From IMG/VR virus record IMGVR_UViG_3300021124_000014, positions 1-35,984 of that record: DNA of 35,984 nt. One strand, 5' to 3'. Position numbers and translations under genes: made by a program. Within the stretch, counting starts at the first letter, position 1, and every line of letters begins with the position of its first letter. Shown here in pieces: positions 17,705 to 27,625 of this stretch. The stretch is from a virus. Lineage: Duplodnaviria > Caudoviricetes. The notes under the pieces are model-generated. The model worked only from the letters and a program-made list of their open reading frames with translations, was not told where the DNA came from and ran no database searches.

Positions 17705-18423
17705 TGAATGCACATATATATTTAGTAGCTAATACTGTAAATAACAAACACTATATAGGCCAGACTATAGTTTATAAAAATAAATTTGGTCATGGACTGG
17801 CATTACAAGATGCTTATAATAAACATGGTAAAGATAAATTTACATATGAAAGATTGTGTTCAAATATATTAAATAGAAACACATTAAATTATTTAGAAAA
17901 GTTTTGGATAGCAACTTTTAACTCTATTGCTCCTAATGGATATAATATTGAGCATGGGGGTTCTGATAAAGGTGAGGTATCTGAATCAACAAAACAAAAA
18001 TTACGAGATGCTAATATAGGAAAAAAAGCATCAGTAGAAACTAAACAAAAAATTAGTGATGCTAATAGAGGTGAAAATAATTCATTTTATGGAAAAACAC
18101 ATTCAACTGAAGCTATAGCAAAAATAATTGCAGCTAATTTAGGTAGAACTTTTGTTACATCAGAAGAAACTAAAAAGAAAATTGGGCAAGCAAACGCAGG
18201 TGAAAATAATGGAATGTTTGGTAAAAAGCATACAGACGAAGTTAAACTTAACTTTAAAGACAGAGCTAAAGCTAGGCATTGGTTAGGTAAAAAGTTTTCA
18301 GATGAGCATAAAGCGCATTTATCTATAGAAAGAACTTGCCCACATTGCAGTAAGGTAGGTAAAGGAAATGCGATGATTAGGCATCATATGGATAACTGTA
18401 AACAAAATAGGGCGGTAATATAA
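17701..18423 (+). CDS. GIY-YIG homing endonuclease with NUMOD3 repeats
   Basis: 'HIYLVANTVNNKHYIGQT...LEKFWI...PNGYN..GG' then repeated 'SEETKKKI', 'GENNSFYGKTHS', 'GENNGMFGKKHT'; start ATG 17701 (ATGA overlap). Confidence 0.9.
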   Translation: MMNAHIYLVANTVNNKHYIGQTIVYKNKFGHGLALQDAYNKHGKDKFTYERLCSNILNRNTLNYLEKFWIATFNSIAPNGYNIEHGGSDKGEVSESTKQKLRDANIGKKASVETKQKISDANRGENNSFYGKTHSTEAIAKIIAANLGRTFVTSEETKKKIGQANAGENNGMFGKKHTDEVKLNFKDRAKARHWLGKKFSDEHKAHLSIERTCPHCSKVGKGNAMIRHHMDNCKQNRAVI

Positions 18424-18424
18424 T

Positions 18425-19432
18425 ATGGCTTCTACGATAAATGCAAAAACGACAGGCGTTGGTGGCATTGATGCTTCAGGTGATGCTAGTGGAGTCTTAG
18501 CCCTTCAAACAGGCGGAACTACTGCGGTCACTATAGATGCTAGTCAGAATGTGGGGATTGGTACTGCTAGTCCTGCTAGAAAATTAGAAATTTCTGGTGC
18601 TTCCGCTGCTAGTAGTTCTATTGAAATAGGAAATACTAATACACAAAGCAGTACAGTTGCAGCAATCAATACAACAGGAACTACTTATAGTTTTTCAGGA
18701 GTTGGCGGAAGTACATCATGGTATTACGGAAATAAAACTGTTGCACTTGGCACTGATAGTGCTAACCCAATTCAGTTTATATCAAACGGCTCAGAACGTA
18801 TGCGTATTGACTCTAGTGGTAATGTGGGGATTGGAGCAACATCACCTTATTCAGCAACTCAAGATAAATTAACAGTACAAAAAGCACAAGCAGATACAGT
18901 TAGACTTGTAATAGATAACCAAAATTCTTCTGCATCAGGTAAAGTATCTTTAGGATTATATTCTAGCGGGGCAAGTTGGAATTTATCATCAGGTTCAACT
19001 GCTAATAATGGAGCTGCCTTTGCTATAGATAATGGTACAGAACGTATGCGTATTGACTCTAGTGGCAACGTTGGTATTGGAAGTACAAATCCAGGTTCGT
19101 ATGGAAAATTAACTGTTAATGGCGCGATTGCTCAAGTTGCAGCAGCAGGTTCTTATACAATTGATGTAACAGCAAATACATCATCTGTTGCAAATGGTGG
19201 AACTATAGATTTTCCTAATATGTCAGGAATGATAATTGTAAATAGTGCTACTTCAGCTAATATAGCTATTTGGCTTGTAAGTGGCGGTAGTACTTCAGCG
19301 GTATCAAATGTAAATGGCGTTACAGGAACAATGACTTATTTTTCTGGGATAGCTGGTTATCGCTGGACTAATAATACAGGTTCAGCAAATACAGTCGCAT
19401 TCTTCTGCGTAAGAACAAGGGGTACAGCATAA
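18425..19432 (+). CDS. Tail fibre/spike protein with ERMRIDSSGNVGIG repeats
   Basis: Three '(R/T)ID.S.NVGIG' units typical of trimeric phage fibres. Confidence 0.8.
   Translation: MASTINAKTTGVGGIDASGDASGVLALQTGGTTAVTIDASQNVGIGTASPARKLEISGASAASSSIEIGNTNTQSSTVAAINTTGTTYSFSGVGGSTSWYYGNKTVALGTDSANPIQFISNGSERMRIDSSGNVGIGATSPYSATQDKLTVQKAQADTVRLVIDNQNSSASGKVSLGLYSSGASWNLSSGSTANNGAAFAIDNGTERMRIDSSGNVGIGSTNPGSYGKLTVNGAIAQVAAAGSYTIDVTANTSSVANGGTIDFPNMSGMIIVNSATSANIAIWLVSGGSTSAVSNVNGVTGTMTYFSGIAGYRWTNNTGSANTVAFFCVRTRGTA
18792..19065 (+). repeat. Perfect 28-bp direct repeat CAGAACGTATGCGTATTGACTCTAGTGG (18792-18819 and 19038-19065)
   Basis: Identical copies including synonymous positions. Confidence 0.9.
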
Positions 19433-19686
19433 TGATAAATTATACATCAACATTTGTTGGTAATAATATGTACCAAATTGAAACTACAAACAACAATGAA
19501 AATATTATTTTTAATGTAGTAGTTGCTAACGATGAATCTGAAATTGAAGGATTAGTTGAATTTCATTTGAATTCTATTAATAATCCACAGCCTATAGTTC
19601 CACAAGAGCCAGTTCAACCAACAGCAGCAGAGCTAATGGCAGAGCTACAAGCCTTAACCGCAAAGATAGAAGCTCTAGGAGGCTAA
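19432..19686 (+). CDS. Small acidic protein, possible fibre assembly chaperone
   Basis: Coupled to the fibre gene; 'QPTAAELMAELQALTAKIEAL' C-terminal helix. Confidence 0.6.
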   Translation: MINYTSTFVGNNMYQIETTNNNENIIFNVVVANDESEIEGLVEFHLNSINNPQPIVPQEPVQPTAAELMAELQALTAKIEALGG

Positions 19687-19689
19687 ATA

Positions 19690-20619
19690 ATGTCAAGCAT
19701 AGTCGTAGCTGGCGATACCAGCGGAAGTGTCACATTAAGTGCGCCAGCAGTAGCAGGGAGTACAGTATTAACCTTGCCAACCGCAACGGGGACGGTAACC
19801 ACCAACACATCATTAGCAGCAGCAGATGCCAACATACATGGTCTAACAGTTGGGCAGGGAGCTGGTACTGCAAATACAGTTTTTGGTGCTGCTGCTTTTT
19901 CAAGTAATTCTAGTGGGGCTTATAATGTTGCTTTAGGATATTATGCATTAAATTCTAATACATCTGGTAGTAATAATCATGCTTTAGGCACAACAACTTT
20001 ACAATCAAATACAACAGGTAGTTCTAATACAGCCGTTGGAAATGGGGCGTTAAATTCAAACACCACAGCTTCTAATAATACCGCAGTAGGATTTAATGCT
20101 GGTAATACAACAACAACTGGTGGTTCTAATATTTTTATTGGGTATAGTACAGTAGCTGGTGCTGTTGGTGATAATAATAGTATTGTTATTGGTGTAGGTG
20201 CAGTGGGTAAAGGAACTAATACAACTCAAATTGCTACTTATTCTGGTGGCTATGGTTCTGTATATCAAGGTAATAACTCAACATTATGGGCTATTACTTC
20301 AGACCAACGACTTAAAAAGAACATTGTAGATAATACAACAGGATTAAATGTTATTAATGCTATTCAAGTACGTAACTTTGAATATCGTACAGCAGAAGAA
20401 GTAACAGAACTAGAAGCTCATTCAGCTATTGATATTAAGGGTGTTCAGTTAGGTGCTATTGCTCAAGAACTACAACTTATACTTCCTGAGTGCGTAAAGA
20501 CTGAATCAACAGGTGTTCTTTCAGTTCAAACTGATAATCTAACTTGGTATCTTATCAATGCTGTAAAAGAGCTATCAGCTGAACTAGACGCACTTAAATT
20601 AAAAGTAGGAGCAATATAA
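19690..20619 (+). CDS. Tail spike with intramolecular chaperone (peptidase S74) domain
   Basis: 14-aa 'N.A.G..AL.SNT.G' repeats, then autocleavage motif 'TSDQRLKKNI', 'G.IAQEL', and coiled coil 'LINAVKELSAE'. Confidence 0.85.
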   Translation: MSSIVVAGDTSGSVTLSAPAVAGSTVLTLPTATGTVTTNTSLAAADANIHGLTVGQGAGTANTVFGAAAFSSNSSGAYNVALGYYALNSNTSGSNNHALGTTTLQSNTTGSSNTAVGNGALNSNTTASNNTAVGFNAGNTTTTGGSNIFIGYSTVAGAVGDNNSIVIGVGAVGKGTNTTQIATYSGGYGSVYQGNNSTLWAITSDQRLKKNIVDNTTGLNVINAIQVRNFEYRTAEEVTELEAHSAIDIKGVQLGAIAQELQLILPECVKTESTGVLSVQTDNLTWYLINAVKELSAELDALKLKVGAI

Positions 20620-21548
20620 TGGCTATAACTTTAGACGGCAGTCTTGGCATCACCTCACCTACTTATGGTGGGGCAACCACAGCAGAATATTCTGTACCCG
20701 TAACAGCCTTCAAAAACCGCATCATCAATGGTGCTATGGTGATTGACCAAAGGAATGCATCATCTAATGTTGGTGGATATAGTTGTTTAGATAGATGGTA
20801 TTTTAATTATATTGGAACAGGAATAACTGCTTCACAAACTACAGCTACTCTTAATGGAGTTGTTGTAAATGTGCTTCAAATTGCAGGAGCAGCAGGAAAT
20901 ACTGGACAAAACTTTAATCAAAAGATTGAAGCTAAAAATTCTTATGATTTAGTAGGGCAAAATGTATCTGTAAGTTTTTGGTGTTATCAAACAACAGGTG
21001 GCACTTTTAGCTTACAAACAAATTTATCTTATGCAAATAGTGCAGATAATTTTTCCAGTATTACTCCCATTGGAACTGCCAATACAACATCAATTCCAAA
21101 TGCCACTTGGACTTATGTTTCATTTACAGTAAGTTCATTACCTTTAGGAGTAGCTAATGGATTGCAATTAATTGTATTTGCAAATAGTCCAACTTTAACA
21201 TCAGGCGTATTTCAATTTGCTTTTGTTCAAATAGAAAAAGGCTCTACTGCTACTAGCTTTGACTATAGACCTTATGGTACTGAGTTGGCGCTGTGCTACA
21301 GGTATTATCAAACTCAGCAAATGTATCTTGCTGGATATACTGGAATTGGAATTACAAATGCATATAGAACAACAATTCCTGCTATGAGAGCAACACCAAC
21401 AGTTGTAATAACAGCATCTTCAAACGCTAATACTACTAGCGCAAATATAATTGCTAATGATTTTCAGACAATTTTGCATTCTAGTACAGGGGCTGGACTT
21501 GGTGGATTTATTTCTCAAGCATCAGCCACATTAACGTCGGAGTTATAA
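20619..21548 (+). CDS. Tail fibre protein with carbohydrate-binding-like domain
   Basis: 'FKNRIINGAMVIDQR...DRW...Q.IE...VQIEKGSTATSFDYRPYGTELALCYRYY' framework typical of phage fibre genes. Confidence 0.75.
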   Translation: MAITLDGSLGITSPTYGGATTAEYSVPVTAFKNRIINGAMVIDQRNASSNVGGYSCLDRWYFNYIGTGITASQTTATLNGVVVNVLQIAGAAGNTGQNFNQKIEAKNSYDLVGQNVSVSFWCYQTTGGTFSLQTNLSYANSADNFSSITPIGTANTTSIPNATWTYVSFTVSSLPLGVANGLQLIVFANSPTLTSGVFQFAFVQIEKGSTATSFDYRPYGTELALCYRYYQTQQMYLAGYTGIGITNAYRTTIPAMRATPTVVITASSNANTTSANIIANDFQTILHSSTGAGLGGFISQASATLTSEL

Positions 21549-21695
21549 ATGTATAAATTATATAAAGATAATTGGGTTATTCGTTTATCAGATGGCGCTT
21601 TCATCCCATTTGACCCCGCCAACACAGACTACCAAGCCTATCTCGTTTGGCTATCCGAAGGCAACGAACCTGAACAAGCCGACACAACAACCTAA
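21549..21695 (+). CDS. 48-aa fibre-associated protein (not in ORF track)
   Basis: [48 protein letters not shown] exactly fills the gap; [16 protein letters not shown] motif typically follows this fibre type. Confidence 0.8.
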   Translation: MYKLYKDNWVIRLSDGAFIPFDPANTDYQAYLVWLSEGNEPEQADTTT

Positions 21696-22597
21696 TGTTC
21701 GGAATATCTGCATTTGCTCAAGTACCATTTGCCTCATTATCTAATGCGGTATTTAGTGCAACTATGTCTGAGAACATTGGGCTGGCAGATACAAACACGC
21801 AAACTTGGACTTTTACCGAAAGCATTAGCGAGCCAATAATATTAGATGACTTTAACTCAGAGGCTGGGTTATTTATTGTGGGCGTTGCAGAAAACATAAC
21901 CTTACTAGCTGATGCACCAACGACACAGTTTAACTTCTTGCAGTCAATAAGCGAGCCACTAACTGCTAACAACACACAAACAATAAGCGCACAATTCGCA
22001 CAATCTAGAACAGAGTCAATTACAATAGCTGATGACCTAGTGCCTTACTTCGCTGCTTTAGAAACTAGAACAGAACCGTTAAACGCTGCAGATGTCCTTG
22101 CAATCTTGGCGCAGTTCTCAAGTAGCCTGACAGAACCAATAACAGTAGCAGATACACCTACAATACAAGGCAACTTTGCTCAAAGCGTTACTGAAACAAT
22201 CACGATGGGCGATGCTATGTCCATACTGGCTAACTTTGTCGCAAACCCTGTAGAAGATATATCCCTTGCAGACTTAACTAGCGTTATCAGTGTTTTTAAC
22301 TTTGCTATTACAGAGAACTTAGACCCTGCAGATGCTCCGACAATATTAGCCCAGTTTGCACAATCACTAACTGAAAACTTGAATCTAGCTGACGCACCAA
22401 CAGTAACAGCACAGTTCGCTCAAAGCATTACAGAAACATTTAGCATGCTAGATAACAACTTTGTAACTGGTTGGATTAAAATTGACGATAGCCAGACAAC
22501 TACGTGGAATGCAATATCCAATACACAATCGCAATCGTGGAGTATAATCGACGATAATCAGTCAACCGTTTGGACCCCAGTTGACAATACCCAATAA
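21695..22597 (+). CDS. Acidic repeat protein (about 20-aa period), putative tail component
   Basis: '[15 protein letters not shown]' N-terminus; repeats like AQFAQSLTENLNLADAPTVT; Trp every 11 aa at the C-terminus. Confidence 0.75.
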   Translation: MFGISAFAQVPFASLSNAVFSATMSENIGLADTNTQTWTFTESISEPIILDDFNSEAGLFIVGVAENITLLADAPTTQFNFLQSISEPLTANNTQTISAQFAQSRTESITIADDLVPYFAALETRTEPLNAADVLAILAQFSSSLTEPITVADTPTIQGNFAQSVTETITMGDAMSILANFVANPVEDISLADLTSVISVFNFAITENLDPADAPTILAQFAQSLTENLNLADAPTVTAQFAQSITETFSMLDNNFVTGWIKIDDSQTTTWNAISNTQSQSWSIIDDNQSTVWTPVDNTQ

Positions 22598-22608
22598 AGG
22601 ACTAACAA

Positions 22609-24543
22609 ATGGCATCGACCTATTCAACTAACCTTAAACTTGAACTCATCGGAAACGGCGACCAATCAGGTACTTGGGGTACTACAACCAATACCAACCT
22701 AGGTACATTACTAGAGCAAGCGATTGCGGGTATTGAGAACATTACAATATCAACTGCTAACAAAGTACTCACTAACCTAAATGGTTTGTCAGATGAATCA
22801 CGTAATGCAGTCCTTGTAGTTACTGGAAGTCCCGGTGCAGTACGAAACTTACTCGTTCCTTTAAGCCAAACTAAGACTTACATTGTTGTTAATAATACGA
22901 CAGGTGGCTTTGACATCGGTGTGCAAACTTGGTCGGGTAGTGGAACAACAGGGACAGGCGCTATTGCTACAATCCCATCAGGCGCAAGTATTCAGATTTA
23001 TTGCACGGGTTCTAACTGCTATGCCATTGCACCATATACATCGATAACTGCAGTTCCTGTGATTTTCTTAGGTTGGGCATCAGGCACAACGTTATATGTA
23101 ACATCATCTCCTAGTGCGCCTATTGCCATTGGTCAGACAGTTTACAATCCGGGTATCCTATATACTGCGAGTGGTTTTCCAAGCAATACAACAGTAACTG
23201 CGTTTGGTACGGGTACTGGTGGAACAGGTACTTACACTATTAGTAATTCATCTACAGTTGCTACAGTTGACTTTCCACAACCTATTACTGCCCTAGCAAC
23301 ACTAAACCAAATTGCCACAGTAGACTATATACAAAGCAAGTCAGAAAACATATACCTACAAGGCGCACCAAGCGCGGATACTGCAACAGCCGCTGCATAT
23401 GAGGGTACAACATCATCAGCCACATTATTGATTAGTAGGTACTATGTATATGGTAACCCGATTGGCTTAGGTCAATATTTAAATGGTACAGGCATTGCTG
23501 ATGGTTCATTTGTGTCTGCATGGGGTACAGGTACTCCGGGTAATTCAGTATTTTCAGGTTATATCTCAGGCAATACATTAACTGTTGTTACGGGCACAAT
23601 AACAGGAACTATCACGAATAGTCAGTATTTAACGGCTAACGGCACTCCACTAACTGCAGGTACTAAGATTACTGGTGGTTCAGGTTTATCATGGACAGTT
23701 AATAACGCACAAACATTAGGTTCAATAAGCAACCCCGTTACTTTCGCGGCTTTAGGTCCAATAACGAATGCTACTGTTGCGTATAATACTTCAGTTGTTA
23801 ATGACTATACTGCTGGTGGTTGGGTTACTATCCAAAACGATGCACAGCCTTTAGCTGTAGTTGTCCCACGCACACCGATGCTTTCATACTTATCCCCACT
23901 ACAACTAGCTAACGTGCTATGGGCATCAAATATTGCGTCTGTGGTTGGTACGCTAGGTACACAAAGTGATGAGCTAGTTAATATCTTGGGTGGGTACTTA
24001 ACTAATGTATCAATTAACAATACGGCTATCAGTAATGCTGTAACAACAACCCAATCATTTGGGGATAGTACTACTAGCTTAGCAACAACAGCATTTGTAC
24101 AAGCCGCACTACAAGCCTTATACCCAATTGGGTGTATATACACATCAACAGTAGCAACTAATCCTAACTCTATATTTGGTTTCGGTACGTGGGTAGCCTT
24201 TGGTGCAGGTCGTGTATTAGTTGGTTCAGGTGGTAGCTTATCAGGTACAGGTGGTAGTTACGATGCGGTATTGCCAAGCCACACCCATAGCGCAAGTTCT
24301 ACATTTACAGGTAATGCTTTAGCCCCGCATACGCATGATTACATAACTAAAGGTGCAACTGCTGTTCAATCAGGTAACTCAACACCTTGTTGGTACTTAA
24401 CTGCAACAGCTACTACAACCGCAACTTCAGCAGGTACTCCATCAGGTTCAGTAGGTACATCAATCAGTACTGAAGGTGTCAGCGTAACTAATGCAAACGT
24501 ACAACCATATATCGTGGTTTATATGTGGAATAGAACCGCTTAA
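22609..24543 (+). CDS. Tail fibre / collar-domain protein
   Basis: 'MASTYS..LKLELI..G.QSGTWG.TTN.N' N-terminus; 'LATTAFVQ', 'LYPIGCIYTS', 'HTH' and 'NVQPYIVVYMWNRTA' T4 gp10/gp12-like C-terminus. Confidence 0.8.
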   Translation: MASTYSTNLKLELIGNGDQSGTWGTTTNTNLGTLLEQAIAGIENITISTANKVLTNLNGLSDESRNAVLVVTGSPGAVRNLLVPLSQTKTYIVVNNTTGGFDIGVQTWSGSGTTGTGAIATIPSGASIQIYCTGSNCYAIAPYTSITAVPVIFLGWASGTTLYVTSSPSAPIAIGQTVYNPGILYTASGFPSNTTVTAFGTGTGGTGTYTISNSSTVATVDFPQPITALATLNQIATVDYIQSKSENIYLQGAPSADTATAAAYEGTTSSATLLISRYYVYGNPIGLGQYLNGTGIADGSFVSAWGTGTPGNSVFSGYISGNTLTVVTGTITGTITNSQYLTANGTPLTAGTKITGGSGLSWTVNNAQTLGSISNPVTFAALGPITNATVAYNTSVVNDYTAGGWVTIQNDAQPLAVVVPRTPMLSYLSPLQLANVLWASNIASVVGTLGTQSDELVNILGGYLTNVSINNTAISNAVTTTQSFGDSTTSLATTAFVQAALQALYPIGCIYTSTVATNPNSIFGFGTWVAFGAGRVLVGSGGSLSGTGGSYDAVLPSHTHSASSTFTGNALAPHTHDYITKGATAVQSGNSTPCWYLTATATTTATSAGTPSGSVGTSISTEGVSVTNANVQPYIVVYMWNRTA

Positions 24544-24557
24544 TTAAGGAGATAAAA

Positions 24558-24869
24558 ATGAATAAACTACTAGCGTTACTAAATGTGTATCGTAAAGGGG
24601 AGTGTTGTGTACATGCAGCAGCTTGGAAAAATCATCAAATCACAGGTTCAATTGTTGCTGGATTACTTGCAGCGATTGTCGCCGCTTCAAAAGCATTTGG
24701 GTTTGACCTTCCTATTAGTGATGAGCAATTGGTTACTATTGGTGGTGCTATTGTGGCTATTGTCGGGTTGTTCATTAATCCAGCCATTACTGCAGCCACT
24801 TCCGCCAAAGTTGGTTTGCCAGCCGTCAATGAAGTTGTTGTCACGAAGTCCCCGCTCACTGGCGAGTAA
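24558..24869 (+). CDS. Putative holin (two transmembrane segments)
   Basis: RBS AAGGAG; hydrophobic 'IVAGLLAAIVAA' and 'LVTIGGAIVAIVGLFI'; upstream of the endolysin. Confidence 0.55.
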   Translation: MNKLLALLNVYRKGECCVHAAAWKNHQITGSIVAGLLAAIVAASKAFGFDLPISDEQLVTIGGAIVAIVGLFINPAITAATSAKVGLPAVNEVVVTKSPLTGE

Positions 24870-24942
24870 TACAGAAGATGCTATAATAGAATGGCTCGGT
24901 CAAGTTGACGGGGCTATGGTTTTAATAAGATGTACTAACTAA
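24721..24942 (+). CDS. Putative lipoprotein (o-spanin-like) overlapping the holin-like gene
   Basis: MSNWLLLVVLLWLLSG|C lipobox, Pro-rich mature N-terminus, two further Cys; no clear RBS. Confidence 0.5.
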   Translation: MSNWLLLVVLLWLLSGCSLIQPLLQPLPPKLVCQPSMKLLSRSPRSLASNTEDAIIEWLGQVDGAMVLIRCTN

Positions 24943-24953
24943 GGAGTTACAAA

Positions 24954-25232
24954 ATGATTAACAGTTTTTTAATGAGTGCATTAGCGCACTTAGTACAAGC
25001 CATCATCGGTTCAGGTGTATTTCAAGAAATTGAAAACCTAGTTAAACTAGAATTATCATCTGATAAGTCAGGTGCTGAAAAAGCAGCCGCAGTTAAAGCA
25101 GGTCTTAATGCTGCACAAGGTGAACTAGGTGATGCTATTAAAGGTACAGCAGGTTGGGCTTTAAACTTAGGTATTGAAACAGCAGTAGCTGCAGCAAATA
25201 CAAAACTAGGTAATCCAGCAGTAAAGAACTAA
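24954..25232 (+). CDS. Small lysis-cassette protein (holin-like/unknown)
   Basis: RBS AAGGAG; amphipathic N-terminus, 'SGAEK...V', 'LNLGIE.AV'. Confidence 0.6.
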   Translation: MINSFLMSALAHLVQAIIGSGVFQEIENLVKLELSSDKSGAEKAAAVKAGLNAAQGELGDAIKGTAGWALNLGIETAVAAANTKLGNPAVKN

Positions 25233-25670
25233 ATGCAATTATCTGAACATTTTAGTTTAGATGAGCTGTGCTTTTCGGAGACAGCTGCAAGACATGCACT
25301 TAATAACATACCAACTGATTTAGTTATACTTAATAACTTAAAACGTTTAGCAAGTGAACTAGAGAAAGTTCGGATGTTATTAGGGCATCCAATACATATA
25401 AATTCTGCATATCGTAGCCTTCCTGTTAATGCTTTAGTTGGAAGTAAACCCACAAGCTATCATCCAAAAGGGCTTGCTGCAGATATTACATGTGCTGCCT
25501 ATGGTGGTCCTAGAGCTGTAGTAGATAAAATTATATTTAGTGATATAGCATATGACCAAATCATATGGGAATTTGACTCATGGTGTCATATTGGGTTTCC
25601 TGAATACGGCAAAGCTCCACGTAAACAAAAGTTAATAATTAATAAGTTCGGTACTTCGGAGTTTAAATAA
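25233..25670 (+). CDS. Endolysin, peptidase M15 family
   Basis: 'LSEHFSLDE', 'INSAYRS..VN..VG....SYH..G.AADI', 'WCHI' zinc ligands. Confidence 0.9.
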   Translation: MQLSEHFSLDELCFSETAARHALNNIPTDLVILNNLKRLASELEKVRMLLGHPIHINSAYRSLPVNALVGSKPTSYHPKGLAADITCAAYGGPRAVVDKIIFSDIAYDQIIWEFDSWCHIGFPEYGKAPRKQKLIINKFGTSEFK

Positions 25671-27601
25671 TGCCATTACAAAAACTAGAATTTCGACCCG
25701 GACTAAATCGTGAAGGTACTGACTATGCCAATGAGGGCGGTTGGTATGATGGCGATAAGATTCGCTTTCGCTCAGGCTTTCCTGAGAAGATTGGTGGTTG
25801 GTCACGCTTATCAAATGATTTTTTCTTAGGCATTGCACGGTCTTTATGGAATTGGATAGACTTCGATGGTTCAAACTACCTAGGTATAGGTACAAGTAAA
25901 AAGTACTATATTGAGAAGGGAGGTCAGTATTATGATGTAACCCCGTTCATTCATATCTCAACTGCTGTAGGTGCAGCTGCAGGTCCATTCACGGCTACTA
26001 CAGGCTCAAGTTCAATTACTATTGTTGACTCTGGATATACACCTAATGTCGGTGACTATATTGTAATCTCAGGTGCTGTATCTTTAGGCGGTAATATTAC
26101 TGCCGCAGTGCTTAACCAAGAATATCAAGAAGTAACCGAAGTATCAGGTACAACATATAGCATAACTGCTAGGGACCCGACAACAGGGCTACCAGTATTA
26201 GCTAGTGCAGGCGATACAGGACATGGTGGAGCAGTTGTTACTATCTCGTATGAAGTACCTGTGGGATTGGATGTATTTACTTTTGGTACAGGTTGGGGCG
26301 CGGGTCCTTACTCTCGTGGTACTTGGGGTTCTGCATTTACAACAGCTACTGGTGGTATTGCTGAGCAGTTACGCCTATGGTCTAATGATAACTTTGGACA
26401 AGACTTAGTAATTGCTCCTCGTGGTGGTGCTATCTATTACTGGACAGACGCAGGTGGTGTGGGTACTAGAGCCGTTGCATTAAGTACTTTATCTGGGAGT
26501 GCCTATACTCCAGTAGCTACAAACCAAGTAATTACTTCAGCAATTCAAAAATTTGTTATTGCTTTTGGCGCTAATTCATATGTATCAGGCAACCCAACAA
26601 CTCCATTTAATCCAATGCTTGTACGTTGGTCAGACCAACTAGACCCGTTACAATGGGTTCCAGATATTACAAACCAATCAGGCGAGTTCGCATTAACTAA
26701 CGGTTCATTCATTATGGGGGCTAGGGCTACCCGTCAAGAAATTCTAGTATGGACTGACTCAGCGTTATATGCTATGCAGTACCTAGGTGCGCCCTACGTT
26801 TGGGGCTTTAATATTATGATGGATAATATCTCTGTCATGTCACCTAACTCAATGATTACAGTCAATAACGTAACTTACTGGATGGGTATTGATAAGTTCT
26901 ATATGTATTCAGGTCGAGTTGAAACATTACCTTGCGCCTTAAGACAGTACATCTATGACGATATTAATCTAGACCAATCATTCCAAGTATTTGCTGGCGG
27001 TAATGAAGGATTCAATGAAATCTGGTGGTTCTATGTAAGCAGTGAGAGTACTAATGACTCAATCGATAAATATGTTATCTACAACTATGTAGACCGTGTT
27101 TGGTACTATGGCACTATGGCTCGTACAGCTTGGCTAGATTCAGGTATTCGTCAGTTCCCTATGGCAGCGGATTACAATAATCGTATCTTATTCCACGAAT
27201 CTTCAGTAGATGATAATGCAGGTACTTCATCAGTTGCTATTAATGCATATGTACAATCATCTGATTTTGATATTGGCGATGGGCATATATTTGGCTTCGT
27301 GTGGCGCATACTACCTGACGTAAACTTTAACGGCTCTACTGCAAACGGACCTACTGTAACAATGACGGTTAAGCCACGCCAAAACTCAGGTACCCCCTAC
27401 GGACAAGCAGATAATCCAACGGTGGTAAGCAGCAATAACTTTATTACCCAGCATACCTATAATATTCAAGAATTTACAGGTCAAGTATATACACGCCTTC
27501 GTGGTCGTCAGTTGAGCTTCAGAATTGAATCTACAGGCTTGGGTGTGGCTTGGCAACTTGGAATGCCAAGAATCGATGTGCGAAATGATGGTCGTAGATA
27601 G
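25670..27601 (+). CDS. Putative tail nozzle / DNA-stabilisation protein (P22 gp10 / T7 gp12-like)
   Basis: 643 aa, Trp-rich beta-propeller-like pattern ('LVRWSDQ', 'ILVWTD', 'YWMG..KFY.Y.G', 'EIWWFY'), located just before the ejection protein genes. Confidence 0.65.
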   Translation: MPLQKLEFRPGLNREGTDYANEGGWYDGDKIRFRSGFPEKIGGWSRLSNDFFLGIARSLWNWIDFDGSNYLGIGTSKKYYIEKGGQYYDVTPFIHISTAVGAAAGPFTATTGSSSITIVDSGYTPNVGDYIVISGAVSLGGNITAAVLNQEYQEVTEVSGTTYSITARDPTTGLPVLASAGDTGHGGAVVTISYEVPVGLDVFTFGTGWGAGPYSRGTWGSAFTTATGGIAEQLRLWSNDNFGQDLVIAPRGGAIYYWTDAGGVGTRAVALSTLSGSAYTPVATNQVITSAIQKFVIAFGANSYVSGNPTTPFNPMLVRWSDQLDPLQWVPDITNQSGEFALTNGSFIMGARATRQEILVWTDSALYAMQYLGAPYVWGFNIMMDNISVMSPNSMITVNNVTYWMGIDKFYMYSGRVETLPCALRQYIYDDINLDQSFQVFAGGNEGFNEIWWFYVSSESTNDSIDKYVIYNYVDRVWYYGTMARTAWLDSGIRQFPMAADYNNRILFHESSVDDNAGTSSVAINAYVQSSDFDIGDGHIFGFVWRILPDVNFNGSTANGPTVTMTVKPRQNSGTPYGQADNPTVVSSNNFITQHTYNIQEFTGQVYTRLRGRQLSFRIESTGLGVAWQLGMPRIDVRNDGRR

Positions 27602-27625
27602 ATATATACACGGATTGTAATGTAA

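Noticed and set aside
16304-24543. Diversity-generating retroelement or invertible fibre cassette
   Set aside because: No reverse transcriptase or recombinase in the window, no adenine-specific TR/VR pair or inverted crossover sites noticed.
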